Part shown: positions 40,048-49,630 of the stretch, one piece after another
How positions within the stretch are numbered: the first letter of the stretch is position 1
Layout of the letters: every line of letters starts with the position of its first letter
Notes under the pieces: generated by a model
What the model was told of the DNA's origin: nothing
The model's database searches: none
The model's input: only the letters and a program-made list of their open reading frames with translations
Translations under genes and position numbers: made by a program
NCBI GenBank assembly: GCA_044225825.1
Contig: JBGAIB010000002.1
Span: 193,660-257,659 of the forward strand
Direction: 5' to 3'
DNA: 64,000 nucleotides
Source: Chitinophagales bacterium
GTDB taxonomy: Bacteria > Bacteroidota > Bacteroidia > Chitinophagales > LD1

Positions 40048-40509
40048 ATGCAGCGCGTAATTGTGAGCCTATTGGTATTGGGTGTTCTGTCGGGGATGAT
40101 TTTTTCCTGCAACAAGGAGGGTGAGAATGAAACGAAAGTGAGCAGAAATGGCGGAACGGAAAGCCACAACACAGGACAAAACTGTATGAGCTGCCATAAA
40201 ACGGGTGGCAGCGGCGAGGGCCGATTTACCGTGGCGGGCACCCTTTATACTACCGATTTAAGTACGCCCAGCCCCAATGGTGTAATAAAGCTCTATACTG
40301 ATGTAAACGGAGCTGGACAGCTAAAAGCCACCATTTATGTTGATGCCAAAGGCAACTTCTATACTACGGAAGCAATCGACTTTTCGCAAGGGCTTTATCC
40401 TGTGGTAACAGGCAGCAGCGGTAATTCGCAATACATGCCACCGATGATAAGCACCGGCGCGTGTAACAGTTGTCATGGCACTAACACCACGAAGTTATGG
40501 GTTGATTGA
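40048..40509 (+). CDS. Di-heme cytochrome c lipoprotein
   Basis: Lipobox IFSC; two CxxCH motifs (CMSCH, CNSCH). Confidence 0.75.
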   Translation: MQRVIVSLLVLGVLSGMIFSCNKEGENETKVSRNGGTESHNTGQNCMSCHKTGGSGEGRFTVAGTLYTTDLSTPSPNGVIKLYTDVNGAGQLKATIYVDAKGNFYTTEAIDFSQGLYPVVTGSSGNSQYMPPMISTGACNSCHGTNTTKLWVD

Positions 40510-40513
40510 GCCT

Positions 40514-41068
40514 TTACTTCCACTGCCAATCCAAATCTTCCTTATAGGTAACCTGCAACGCGAGCGCTAACTGCCTCAAGCTTTGCTGCAGTGCGGCAAG
40601 GTCCGCTACCTTTTGCTTCGGGAAAATGATGGTGACCCCTGTTTTTAGGCGCACAAATAGTTCATCGCTTATTTCAACCACACCTGAAATTTCCGTGAGG
40701 CGGATTTTTGATTCCGTTTGACCGTCGGATACGTAAATAAACTGCTCATCGGTGCGAATGGCCGTTTGACGCAACTGTGCAGCGCCCAGGGACTCGTGGA
40801 TATGCTGGCGATAATGCCGCCTGAAACGCCAACGATGCCAGACGGGATATAACAGCAACCACGCTATAGCAATAACACCAAGCATCAAACCCAACACCTT
40901 ACTACCATTATACCATATGTAAAGCGCCAGCAAGAGGTAACCGACAGTTATGATCCAGGTAGCGCGGGCTTTTGATTTCCGCACACGCTCTGATTGCGAT
41001 GCCTGATACAGATAGTGCTGCAGGTAGTCGTGTTCACTTACCATAAAACTTAAATCAATGCTTGGCAT
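40514..41068 (-). CDS. YcxB-family membrane protein
   Basis: Two membrane helices then a beta-rich C-terminus ending in IIFPK. Confidence 0.72.
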   Translation of the reverse strand: MPSIDLSFMVSEHDYLQHYLYQASQSERVRKSKARATWIITVGYLLLALYIWYNGSKVLGLMLGVIAIAWLLLYPVWHRWRFRRHYRQHIHESLGAAQLRQTAIRTDEQFIYVSDGQTESKIRLTEISGVVEISDELFVRLKTGVTIIFPKQKVADLAALQQSLRQLALALQVTYKEDLDWQWK

Positions 41069-41143
41069 ACACCAATAATACAAAAAAGTAAGCCGCACGT
41101 TTTACAACAGGCATAAAATGTTTTTGTTTACATATATTGTTGC

Positions 41144-41959
41144 ATGGTTGTAAAAACAAACACGCACCTGTTCGACGACAAGGCCAAGCTGTGGCGATAT
41201 GTCAGTTTTTCTAAATTTGTATCATTGCTACACACGCAAAAACTACATTTTACCCGTGCCGATAAGTTTGTAGATACGTTTGAGTCGTCCATTCCATTGC
41301 TCGATATTGAAGCCTCACGCAATTATTACGCCTCCTTTCTACAGGCTGATATCGTAAACATTGCAGGCGTATCGCAGTTCCCGCGGTCGGACATCCGAAA
41401 AAACTTACAGCATTTTCTTAACCTAAGCGATGCTGAAGTAAACGCCATTGCCGAAGAAGACCTGCCACGCTATCTGCTTAAAACCAGTAATCGTTACCAG
41501 TATGTAAACTGCTGGCATACCAACGAAAACGAATCAGCCGGCATGTGGCAGATTTACATGAATGTAAACGAGGGTGTGGCCATACAAACCACACCGGCAG
41601 CACTGTCGCAATGTCTGGAACCCAACCCCAATACGGTTTACCTTGGCCCGGTAAAATACCTGGATTATGCTACCGAAAGCTGGGGCGAACCTCATCCGCT
41701 GCATCCCATTTTTCATAAACGCACCAGCTTTGCGCACGAACGCGAAGTGCGGGCTGTTGTTATCAATCCGATTGGCGTTGACCCGCGTTATACAACGGGA
41801 GTATTGGTGCCTGTAGATTTACAAGAACTCATACAACAGGTGTACGTATCACCCAAAGCAGAAGCCTGGTATCGCGATACGGTGCAATCGGTTTGCAGGC
41901 AGTATGGATTGCCCCTTACACCGGTACAATCCACGCTATACGACGAGCCATTGTTTTAG
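41144..41959 (+). CDS. DUF2971-like protein
   Basis: LWRY..FSKFVSLL, NCWH.NENESAGMW..Y, KR..FAHEREVR, VYVSP. Confidence 0.72.
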   Translation: MVVKTNTHLFDDKAKLWRYVSFSKFVSLLHTQKLHFTRADKFVDTFESSIPLLDIEASRNYYASFLQADIVNIAGVSQFPRSDIRKNLQHFLNLSDAEVNAIAEEDLPRYLLKTSNRYQYVNCWHTNENESAGMWQIYMNVNEGVAIQTTPAALSQCLEPNPNTVYLGPVKYLDYATESWGEPHPLHPIFHKRTSFAHEREVRAVVINPIGVDPRYTTGVLVPVDLQELIQQVYVSPKAEAWYRDTVQSVCRQYGLPLTPVQSTLYDEPLF

Positions 41960-42039
41960 CCACCGAAACATGCCTAACAGGTATACATAACCTGCGGATA
42001 ACATACAAATATCTACCTTTGGCCAAAACCCATTTCAGC

Positions 42040-43119
42040 ATGAATCGCCTGTTTATTTTATTGTTTGCTTTCCTTTCGGTTACCACCCGCGCACAGGATA
42101 CTGCACGCACCCAAAATATTATACTGGTTACCTGGGATGGTTACCGTTGGCAGGAGCTTTTTAAAGGCGCCGAGAAAAAGCTGATTAAGAGTAAAAAGCT
42201 GAGCAAGGACCCCGAAGCACTTCAAAAACAATTTTGGGCGGATGATGCCGAAACGCGCCGGCAAAAACTTACTCCCTTTATCTGGAATACAATGGGCACG
42301 CAAGGCACCATCATAGGTAACAAAAGCGCTGGTTGCAGTATGCAGGTTACCAACCCGTACCGCTTTTCGTATCCCGGTTATAACGAAATATTTTCGGGCT
42401 ATGGCGATAAACGGGTGAACAGCAACGATTATCCTGATAATCCCAATACCACCATTTTTGATTACCTGCAAGGCACGGAAAAGTATAAAAACAAGATGGC
42501 GGCATTTGCCACCTGGGATGCCTTTCCGCGCATCATCAACAGCAAACGAAATGGAGTGCCCGTATTTGTAAACTACCAAACAAAAAACGGTATTACTGCC
42601 TGTAACGGAACCGAGTTTAATGTGTGGCAAACCACCGTGCCGGTATGCAGTCCGTTTTGTCAAACCGATACTATGACGTATCACTTTGCCAAGGAGTATA
42701 TGCAGAAGAATCATCCGCGCTTTACGTTCATCGGTTTTGACGAGACAGATCATTTTGGTCACGAAGGTGAATACGATGCCTATCTGAACACCGCACATAC
42801 ACTGGATAGCTACATGCAGGATCTCTGGAATTTTGTACAAAACGATCCGCAATACAAGGATAACACCACCCTGATTATTACCTGCGACCACGGCAGGGGC
42901 CATACCGGTACAACCTTTTGGCGCCACCATGGCAAAATAATTTTACCCGCTAAACAAGTATGGCTGGCAGCTATGGGCCCCGGTGTTCAGGCAAAGGGCA
43001 TGCTAAAAAAAGGCAAGTTCTACCAAAAGCAAATTGCAGCCACCATCGCAAGCCTGTTAGGTTATAAGTTTAGTGCCGATAAAAAGATCGGTGCGCCTAT
43101 CAAAGAATTGCTGAAATAA
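42040..43119 (+). CDS. Exported alkaline-phosphatase-superfamily protein
   Basis: VTWDG.RWQE, FSYPGYNE, ETDHFGH, TCDHGRG. Confidence 0.85.
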   Translation: MNRLFILLFAFLSVTTRAQDTARTQNIILVTWDGYRWQELFKGAEKKLIKSKKLSKDPEALQKQFWADDAETRRQKLTPFIWNTMGTQGTIIGNKSAGCSMQVTNPYRFSYPGYNEIFSGYGDKRVNSNDYPDNPNTTIFDYLQGTEKYKNKMAAFATWDAFPRIINSKRNGVPVFVNYQTKNGITACNGTEFNVWQTTVPVCSPFCQTDTMTYHFAKEYMQKNHPRFTFIGFDETDHFGHEGEYDAYLNTAHTLDSYMQDLWNFVQNDPQYKDNTTLIITCDHGRGHTGTTFWRHHGKIILPAKQVWLAAMGPGVQAKGMLKKGKFYQKQIAATIASLLGYKFSADKKIGAPIKELLK

Positions 43120-43177
43120 AATCTGCCGCGGTGTTGCGGTTTCTTTCCTTTTCGGAATTAAGGGGTACTTTCGCGCT

Positions 43178-43813
43178 ATGATGTGGTTAAGGCGTACGTT
43201 TTATTTTTTAGCAGCAGTTTGTATTCTGTTAGTAGTGTATTACCGGGTGTGGTTTCTACGTCAACCCGACCGAAATGTGCCGCATAACGAACATTTGTTT
43301 GTTAGCCCGGCTAATGGCCTTATTGTAGCCGTTAAACCATGGAGCTCGACCTCGCTGGTTGAAACCAAGGGTAATGATGGCGCTATAAAGGTATGGACCA
43401 AAGATGTAGATACGGCCGGTTATATTGTAAGCATACAGATGGATGTAACCAACGTGCACTACCAGCGTGCTCCTGCAACAGCTACCCTGCTTGCAGAAGT
43501 GCACACAGCAGGCGACTACCACAATGCTGTAGTGATGAGCAATGATTACGGCATCCGGTTCGAGAATGAGCACAACGAAATGCTTTTTGCAACGGGCTCA
43601 GGTAAAAAATTTAAGATTATTCAGATAGCAGGTTTTGTAGCACGCCGAATAGAGGATTACGTGGAAACAAAACAGGAAGTAAAGCAGGGCGATATTATCG
43701 GCCTTATCAAACTGGGCAGCCAGGTTACGGTTATCCTGCCTTCGGGTGTTGACTTAAAAGCAAAGGTTGGCGATAAAGTGGTGGACGGCGAAAGCGTGTT
43801 AGCCGAGTGGTAA
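43178..43813 (+). CDS. psd: Phosphatidylserine decarboxylase proenzyme
   Basis: SPANG, VHYQRAP, QIAGFVARRI and the LGS autocleavage site. Confidence 0.85.
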   Translation: MMWLRRTFYFLAAVCILLVVYYRVWFLRQPDRNVPHNEHLFVSPANGLIVAVKPWSSTSLVETKGNDGAIKVWTKDVDTAGYIVSIQMDVTNVHYQRAPATATLLAEVHTAGDYHNAVVMSNDYGIRFENEHNEMLFATGSGKKFKIIQIAGFVARRIEDYVETKQEVKQGDIIGLIKLGSQVTVILPSGVDLKAKVGDKVVDGESVLAEW

Positions 43814-43816
43814 GCC

Positions 43817-44884
43817 CTATGCGCCTTTGTTTACCCGTGCAATCCATTTAGGTAAAACTACCGCTCCCACCACCAGATACAAGTAATAACTATAAAGACG
43901 CCACACCAGCGTTAGTGCGGCCGAAAGGCCCATACCGCCAGGTATAAATTCGCAGTTAAACACCTGGAAGAACCACTCTGCCAAACCACTGGCACCCGGA
44001 GTAGATGGTATAATGATAAATACCCAAATAACATACTGGCGTGCCAGCACCAATAGCTGATCGGCAGGCACTGTTGCCACGGCATATATAAGTGCGTTGG
44101 CCAGTAAATAGCGCGCCATCCAACTTACAACGGTGGCGCTAAATACCCGCAGGTAAAAAGCAATGGAAAGACTTTTAAACTCTTGTGATGTAATTTCAAT
44201 TTCATCGCCCAGGTGTTGCAATTTAGCTGCAAAGCGATTAAAGAAGGCACGATGTGAAAGAGCATGAAAAAAAGCGCGGGCCTTATGCGGAATTATAAAA
44301 AGTGCAAGGGCCAAAAACGCCGAAGCACCAAATAAAACGGCATAACCTATCCATGCTTTATTGGCAATATAGCTAATGCTTTGAAGCATTTCGTGGCCCT
44401 GCAGATCGGCACAATTTGCCGGTACGGCAAACATGTTTTGACCAACCGTAGCATATAACACCGTATATACTACAACATAAGCCAGGTTATCCAAAAAGGT
44501 AGTGAGCATTATAGTGGCCGTGCTGCGGCCATAGCTGATGCCTTCCTTTTTGAGAATAAAAAGCGCCAATGCAATACCACCCACGGCGCCCGGCGTAATA
44601 GCGGAGCCAAACTCCCATAACATAATTACCTGGAAGGCTGTAAACCAACTGAGCTTGCGGCCCGTTAATTCGCGGATGCGGAAAATGTAAGCGCCATCGC
44701 GGATGAATACCGTAAGTGCGGCCAGTACCAAACCCATTATAAACTGCCTGTTAATGGATAAGGTAAGCAGCTTAGCAGGTTGCAGGCTGCTTACAATAAG
44801 GTAGAGCGAAAGCCCGATACCAACCACCAGGGGCACTACTATATTGCGCCACTTAATCCCCGGTATTTGTTCGTTGCTTTGCAT
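43817..44884 (-). CDS. Lysylphosphatidylglycerol synthase TM-domain (flippase-like) protein
   Basis: WEFGSAITPGAVGG, PSTPGASGLAE, WRLYSYY. Confidence 0.88.
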   Translation of the reverse strand: MQSNEQIPGIKWRNIVVPLVVGIGLSLYLIVSSLQPAKLLTLSINRQFIMGLVLAALTVFIRDGAYIFRIRELTGRKLSWFTAFQVIMLWEFGSAITPGAVGGIALALFILKKEGISYGRSTATIMLTTFLDNLAYVVVYTVLYATVGQNMFAVPANCADLQGHEMLQSISYIANKAWIGYAVLFGASAFLALALFIIPHKARAFFHALSHRAFFNRFAAKLQHLGDEIEITSQEFKSLSIAFYLRVFSATVVSWMARYLLANALIYAVATVPADQLLVLARQYVIWVFIIIPSTPGASGLAEWFFQVFNCEFIPGGMGLSAALTLVWRLYSYYLYLVVGAVVLPKWIARVNKGA

Positions 44885-44954
44885 AATGCCTGCAGGCCGA
44901 CAAAGAAGAGAAATACTTTTGGAAAAAGACTTAGTTTATGTTGAACTTTGCTGT

Positions 44955-45347
44955 ATGAGGAAAACACTACTGCTCTGCTTTGTACTTATTGCTGCTTTGT
45001 CGGGATGTAAAAAAGAAGAGACAACGGTAGCGCCTATCAGCCGATGCTATACAGGCACCCGCACCTACTACACAATCCAAAATTTTGGAAACGGACAAAA
45101 GGACAGTACCATTACTTATGATGTATCGCCCTGCCTGCTGCAATATGGACATGACAGCGTGCTTTACGACGGACACGTTTTTGCCCGTGATTACGATAGC
45201 CTGCAAAACGAACATTACACCCGGATGGATCATTATCCGATAGGCACCCAGTGGATGGTGTTATATGGCACCGATAGTTTACACTACGAATTATGGAGTG
45301 TGGGCTCGATTGTAACAGCCGAAAAATTCAGCGGTAGAAAGCTTTAG
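44955..45347 (+). CDS. Hypothetical lipoprotein
   Basis: Lipobox LSGC-KKEE. Confidence 0.65.
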   Translation: MRKTLLLCFVLIAALSGCKKEETTVAPISRCYTGTRTYYTIQNFGNGQKDSTITYDVSPCLLQYGHDSVLYDGHVFARDYDSLQNEHYTRMDHYPIGTQWMVLYGTDSLHYELWSVGSIVTAEKFSGRKL

Positions 45348-46132
45348 TTTTCCTGACCGTCCAGTACTATTTCATCGGCTTCCGCATCCGGATCGGCTTT
45401 CTCGAGCCAGAAGTTGTTATAACCCTCTCCGAATACGATCTTAATTTTCTTTTCCTGTACCAGCTCTAACACCGAAAGGAAAACGAATATGGCGTGCAGG
45501 CGGTTTTCTACCCCTTCGAACACCTCTTCGAAACCGGTTTGTTTTCCAATAGCCAGTTTTTCCATCAGCAACATCCGTTCGCCGCCGATGGTATAAGGAG
45601 GTGTTTCTACTGTATGAACTACTTTGTTCTTCTGCCTGTCAAACCGATCGAGCACATTTTGGAATGCTTTTAAAAGGCGGAACATGGTGAGGTTCTGCAT
45701 TTCGAACTCGCGCTCGAACATGGCTGCAATCTCCTGGTTCTCGTGCAGGGCATTACCGCGTTTAGCAATATTCTGACGGTCCTCCTCCATTTTACGGAGG
45801 GCATCTGTCGCTTCTTTGTATTTCTTGTATTCTATCAGGCGGTTAACAAGTTCTTCACGCGGGTCAATAACAGCACCTGTTTCAGGATCCACTTCGCGGC
45901 GGGGCAGCAACATTTTAGCCTTTATGCGCATCAGCGTTGCGGCCACCAATATAAATTCGCTGGCCACTTCCACGTTCAAACGTTCCATCTGATGGATGTA
46001 GGTTAAGAAGTCGTTGGTAATTTTGCTGATAGGAATATCGTAAATGTCCAGCTCGTCGCGTTCGATGAAGAACAGCAACAGGTCGAAGGGGCCTTCGAAC
46101 TGGGGGAGTTTTATTTCGTAAGTATCCTGCAT
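45344..46132 (-). CDS. scpA: Segregation and condensation protein A
   Basis: FEGPFDLLLFFI, IDPREELVNRLIEYKKYK, FLSVLEL. Confidence 0.93.
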   Translation of the reverse strand: MQDTYEIKLPQFEGPFDLLLFFIERDELDIYDIPISKITNDFLTYIHQMERLNVEVASEFILVAATLMRIKAKMLLPRREVDPETGAVIDPREELVNRLIEYKKYKEATDALRKMEEDRQNIAKRGNALHENQEIAAMFEREFEMQNLTMFRLLKAFQNVLDRFDRQKNKVVHTVETPPYTIGGERMLLMEKLAIGKQTGFEEVFEGVENRLHAIFVFLSVLELVQEKKIKIVFGEGYNNFWLEKADPDAEADEIVLDGQEN

Positions 46133-46235
46133 AATAATGAGCACATGCCGGCTACCTTGCCGGGCTGCGAAGATAAGCTTTGCAGGGGCGTTTCAAAGCG
46201 CAATTTGCGCCAATAAAAAGGGCTATTTTAGGGCT

Positions 46236-46897
46236 ATGAATCCGCTGCATAAAAAGCTACGCCTGAAGGAAAACCAAAGCCTGTAGTAATCAACAAACCC
46301 GTTGATTTTGAGGAAGCTATAATGCCTTTGCCCAAAGGTGTTACCGTAAGCACTGCTGTAAAAACCAGGGCAGATCACCTGTTTTGGTTTGTTAAAAACG
46401 TAGCGGAATTAAAGGCCGGGCAAAGCAGGGTTTTGAAGTTGCTGAAAGAGGGTATGTTACTCTGGATTCTACATCCCAAGGGCAGCAGTGGTCTGCAAAC
46501 GGACTTAACCCGCGATAAAGGCTGGGAGAGTTTACAATCGGTAGACAGCCTTGCCTGGGTAAGTTATATTGCCTTTAACGATACCTGGACGGCAGTGGCT
46601 GTTCGCCTGAAAACGGAAGCAGATAAAAAGCGCCTGGAGAAACCACAAGAAGATCGACTGATCTATCAATATGCGGATAGTAAAACGAAAACCATTCGAC
46701 TACCGGAAGACCTGGATAAAGTTTTGAAGAAGGATAAACAAGTTAAAGCCATTTGGGACAAGTTAGCCTTCAGCCACCGACGCGAGTATGTGGAATGGAT
46801 AATAACTGCCAAACGCGAGGAGACCCGGCAAGCCCGATTACAGGGCACGGTAGAACGTTTGTTGAAAGGCTATAAGAACCCTTCTAACAGACCCTAA
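46236..46897 (+). pseudogene. YdeI/OmpD-associated family gene with a frameshift near 46283
   Basis: ATG 46236 gives MNPLHKKLRLKENQSL then TAG at 46284; the -1 frame continues VVINKPVDFEEAIMPLPKG..TDLTRDKGW..SHRREYVEWI..AKREETR. Confidence 0.7.
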
Positions 46898-46955
46898 AAG
46901 CAAAGGCCCAACCTAAGTTGAGCCTTCTTGAAATCAATCTTTCGATTGCGTTTCT
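46898..46955 (-). ncRNA. Putative small RNA, copy 1
   Basis: AGAAACGCAATC-GAAA-GATTG followed by a terminator-like hairpin; near-identical to 49461..49519 including upstream boxes. Confidence 0.5.
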
Positions 46956-47014
46956 ATTACTAATACGCTGTTGCCTGAACTTTGGTATTTGGTGTTTTGT
47001 TAAAAATACAGGCG

Positions 47015-49384
47015 TTAATGCTGCAAGCAAAATTTTGCCAGGAGGGTGCCAGTCAGGCTATCCGTAAGCAGGTAGGTGCCATTCGGCAAATTTGTTACCG
47101 TGTACGCCTCGGTCCTGCCGGATTGATTCCACTCCGCAACAATCTGGCCACACATGTCTACCACGCGCAGTTGGCGGTTAAGGGAGTTTGTAAAACTTAC
47201 CTGCAAAAATTGATTTGCCGGCACAGGGTACACCACACAGGCTGTGCTCGTGGTGATTGAAGCCAAATCAAGACCAAGAACTGTAAAACCAGCCGACAGG
47301 GTGTTGCACCCATTGGAATCTGTAATTTGTACCTGATAGTTGCCATCCTGTGTAAGTAGATGACTTTGCGTTGTTTCGCCATTTAACTGATTGCCCTGCA
47401 AATACCATTGGTAGCTATACCCTGCTGCCGTTAACAGTGTGTCGTTTTGACGCGTAATTACCGGCATGGCAGGTAGCGGGTTAACAGCTACCTGTATGCT
47501 GTCAACCGTAGAACAGTTGTTAAATCCGGTAGCTGTTATGAGGTAGGTTACCGTATTAGTGGGCAGCACAGTAATAGCTGAGGTTGTTTCGCCGGTGTTC
47601 CATTGGTACTGTGCGCCACCGTTTGCAGTTAGGGTTATGCTATCTCCCATACAGATGGATATGGACGCTGGAATAAGTGTAAGGACGGGAGCGGCTTCAC
47701 TAATAACTTCCAGTATCACCACACTGTCGCAGCCGGCCACACTTTGCAGCGAATCGTAATACATGCCGGGGTTAGTAATGGTCTGCCCTTTAAATACCAG
47801 GCTTTGTCCGGGACACAAGTGAGCCGTTTGCGGCGTGGTTATAGTATTAGCAACCTGCAGATAAAGCGGCGCTGAAATAACCGTGCAGGCATCATTCGCC
47901 ACGCAACGGTAAGCACGCCCATTAATTGAATTATTTACGGAATTTAGCTGAAGAGTGCTGCCAGTAGCGCCGGTAATGTCCTGCCAGCCCAAAGCCGTAC
48001 TATCCTGCCATTGGAGATTAACGGTTGTACTGGTTACGCTAAACAGCACATCCGTACCCGGACAAACAGACTGGTTAGTAGAAGTGTTTGCGACAGTGGT
48101 CGAGCAACCCATTACTAAACCGGTGTTATAGCGGGCAATAGCAATATCACCTACTGTGCCGTTCCTATCCTCACCTGCCACCAGTAAACGGCCATCGGAT
48201 TGCAAGACCAAACTATAGGCAAAGGGGTTATACGTAAATGTTGTAAACGTACGTCCAGTGCCGTTCCATGTACTATCAGCTGTGGTGTTTTCCTTTATAC
48301 GTGTTACATAAAAATAATAGGTCAGATTTTGCCGGGCTATACCACAGAGTAACAGGTTGCCATCAGGTTGACGGACCATATCGTAGAAGGTAGCAGCCTG
48401 ATAGCCTGCTATAGGCAACAGGGCTTTCCCACTTGTCCCAAACGTGCTATCCGGCACGCCATCAAACGAGTAGCGCGCCATAGCTGGTTGCCCATCGCCA
48501 TAATTGGGGTAATGGGTACCTGCAACAACCAATCTGTTGGCCGAGTCAATAACAAGCACCGCAGGGCTATCATCGTCGTAAGGGCCCCAATCGGTAATAC
48601 GGATGCCATTTACACCAAACGAACTATCGATCACTCCATTCGCGGTAAAACGCATCAGCAAAAAGTCTACTGATTCATTATTGGTTTGCGAACCACCTAG
48701 CACCAGTAATCGGCCATCGGGCAATACGTTTACCTGATTGGCGGTGGTATGCGGTTGAGGTTTGGTCCATATAAAGGTGCCTCCCTGTCCGAAGGTACTA
48801 TCCAGTGAGCCGTTACTATTCAATCGGGCCAGGGCTACCTGGTACTGCGCATAACGCCGGTAGCCGCATACTATAATTTGACCGTTCGGCAAAAAATCGA
48901 GATTGTTGGCAGCATCTCCCTGCGAACCAAAATCAAGGGTAGTAAAACCATTCGTGCCAAAGGCACTGTCAATAGCGCCATCGGGCCAGTACCGGCCAAT
49001 CAGCCACTTACCATCACTCCCCGTAATTGTGCTGCCTACCACCACCAGTTTATGATCCGGCTGTTCCTTTAAACGGGCAATGTATTCATTACCACCCAGA
49101 TCGGTAACAGCAAAACCGTTTATGCCGAAGGCACTATCCAACTGTCCGCCGGAGAGATAGCGGCAGATAAACAGATTTTGATTTGTACCGGTTTTTGTGC
49201 CTCCGGCAACTATCATCTTTCCGTTAGTCAATGCCAACACGTCTGCTGCTGCTTCGCTTGACGCGTTGATATCAGTAGTTACTTTGCCATCCGTATCAAA
49301 GGTTAAATCGAGTGTACCGGGTTGTTGCGCATGCAGCGATAGAGCAATAGCTATCGCTACGAAAGAGAGTAGAGTCCTTTTCAT
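47015..49384 (-). CDS. T9SS type A cargo protein with delta-60 repeats
   Basis: Signal peptide; repeated LDxxFGxxG and DGKxxxxG units; Ig-like segments; C-terminal VYPVPA..LPNGTYLL..KF sorting domain. Confidence 0.88.
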   Translation of the reverse strand: MKRTLLSFVAIAIALSLHAQQPGTLDLTFDTDGKVTTDINASSEAAADVLALTNGKMIVAGGTKTGTNQNLFICRYLSGGQLDSAFGINGFAVTDLGGNEYIARLKEQPDHKLVVVGSTITGSDGKWLIGRYWPDGAIDSAFGTNGFTTLDFGSQGDAANNLDFLPNGQIIVCGYRRYAQYQVALARLNSNGSLDSTFGQGGTFIWTKPQPHTTANQVNVLPDGRLLVLGGSQTNNESVDFLLMRFTANGVIDSSFGVNGIRITDWGPYDDDSPAVLVIDSANRLVVAGTHYPNYGDGQPAMARYSFDGVPDSTFGTSGKALLPIAGYQAATFYDMVRQPDGNLLLCGIARQNLTYYFYVTRIKENTTADSTWNGTGRTFTTFTYNPFAYSLVLQSDGRLLVAGEDRNGTVGDIAIARYNTGLVMGCSTTVANTSTNQSVCPGTDVLFSVTSTTVNLQWQDSTALGWQDITGATGSTLQLNSVNNSINGRAYRCVANDACTVISAPLYLQVANTITTPQTAHLCPGQSLVFKGQTITNPGMYYDSLQSVAGCDSVVILEVISEAAPVLTLIPASISICMGDSITLTANGGAQYQWNTGETTSAITVLPTNTVTYLITATGFNNCSTVDSIQVAVNPLPAMPVITRQNDTLLTAAGYSYQWYLQGNQLNGETTQSHLLTQDGNYQVQITDSNGCNTLSAGFTVLGLDLASITTSTACVVYPVPANQFLQVSFTNSLNRQLRVVDMCGQIVAEWNQSGRTEAYTVTNLPNGTYLLTDSLTGTLLAKFCLQH

Positions 49385-49460
49385 CCAAATCGCTGTTTTA
49401 CAGCTTTAAACTACAACAATTTACATCTGCAACAAAAAAAGAATACGGCAGGGCATAATA

Positions 49461-49519
49461 AGCAAAAGGCCCAACCGAAGTTGAGCCTTTCTGAAATTCA
49501 ATCTTTCGATTGCGTTTCT
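49461..49519 (-). ncRNA. Putative small RNA, copy 2
   Basis: AGAAACGCAATCGAAAGATTGAATTTCAGAAAGGCTCAACTTCGGTTGGGCCTTTTGCT: GAAA and UUCG tetraloop hairpins. Confidence 0.5.
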
Positions 49520-49630
49520 GTAATTAATACGCTCCATCTGCCGTGTAGGTATGTATTGCTTTGTTAAATTTTCGGTAAGGGTGGCTGTAAGCGCTTCGGG
49601 CACCATCAGCTGCCAAGAGGTTAAAAGCAC

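Noticed and set aside
42058-42930. 290-aa minus-strand ORF
   Set aside because: Antisense to a well-supported alkaline-phosphatase-superfamily gene
46898-49568. Mobile element with terminal direct repeats carrying the T9SS gene
   Set aside because: No transposase or integrase; the box-and-spacer conservation fits promoter plus sRNA better than att sites or a target-site duplication
49421-49630. 69-aa ORF over sRNA copy 2
   Set aside because: No equivalent ORF over copy 1, and indels between the copies argue against coding
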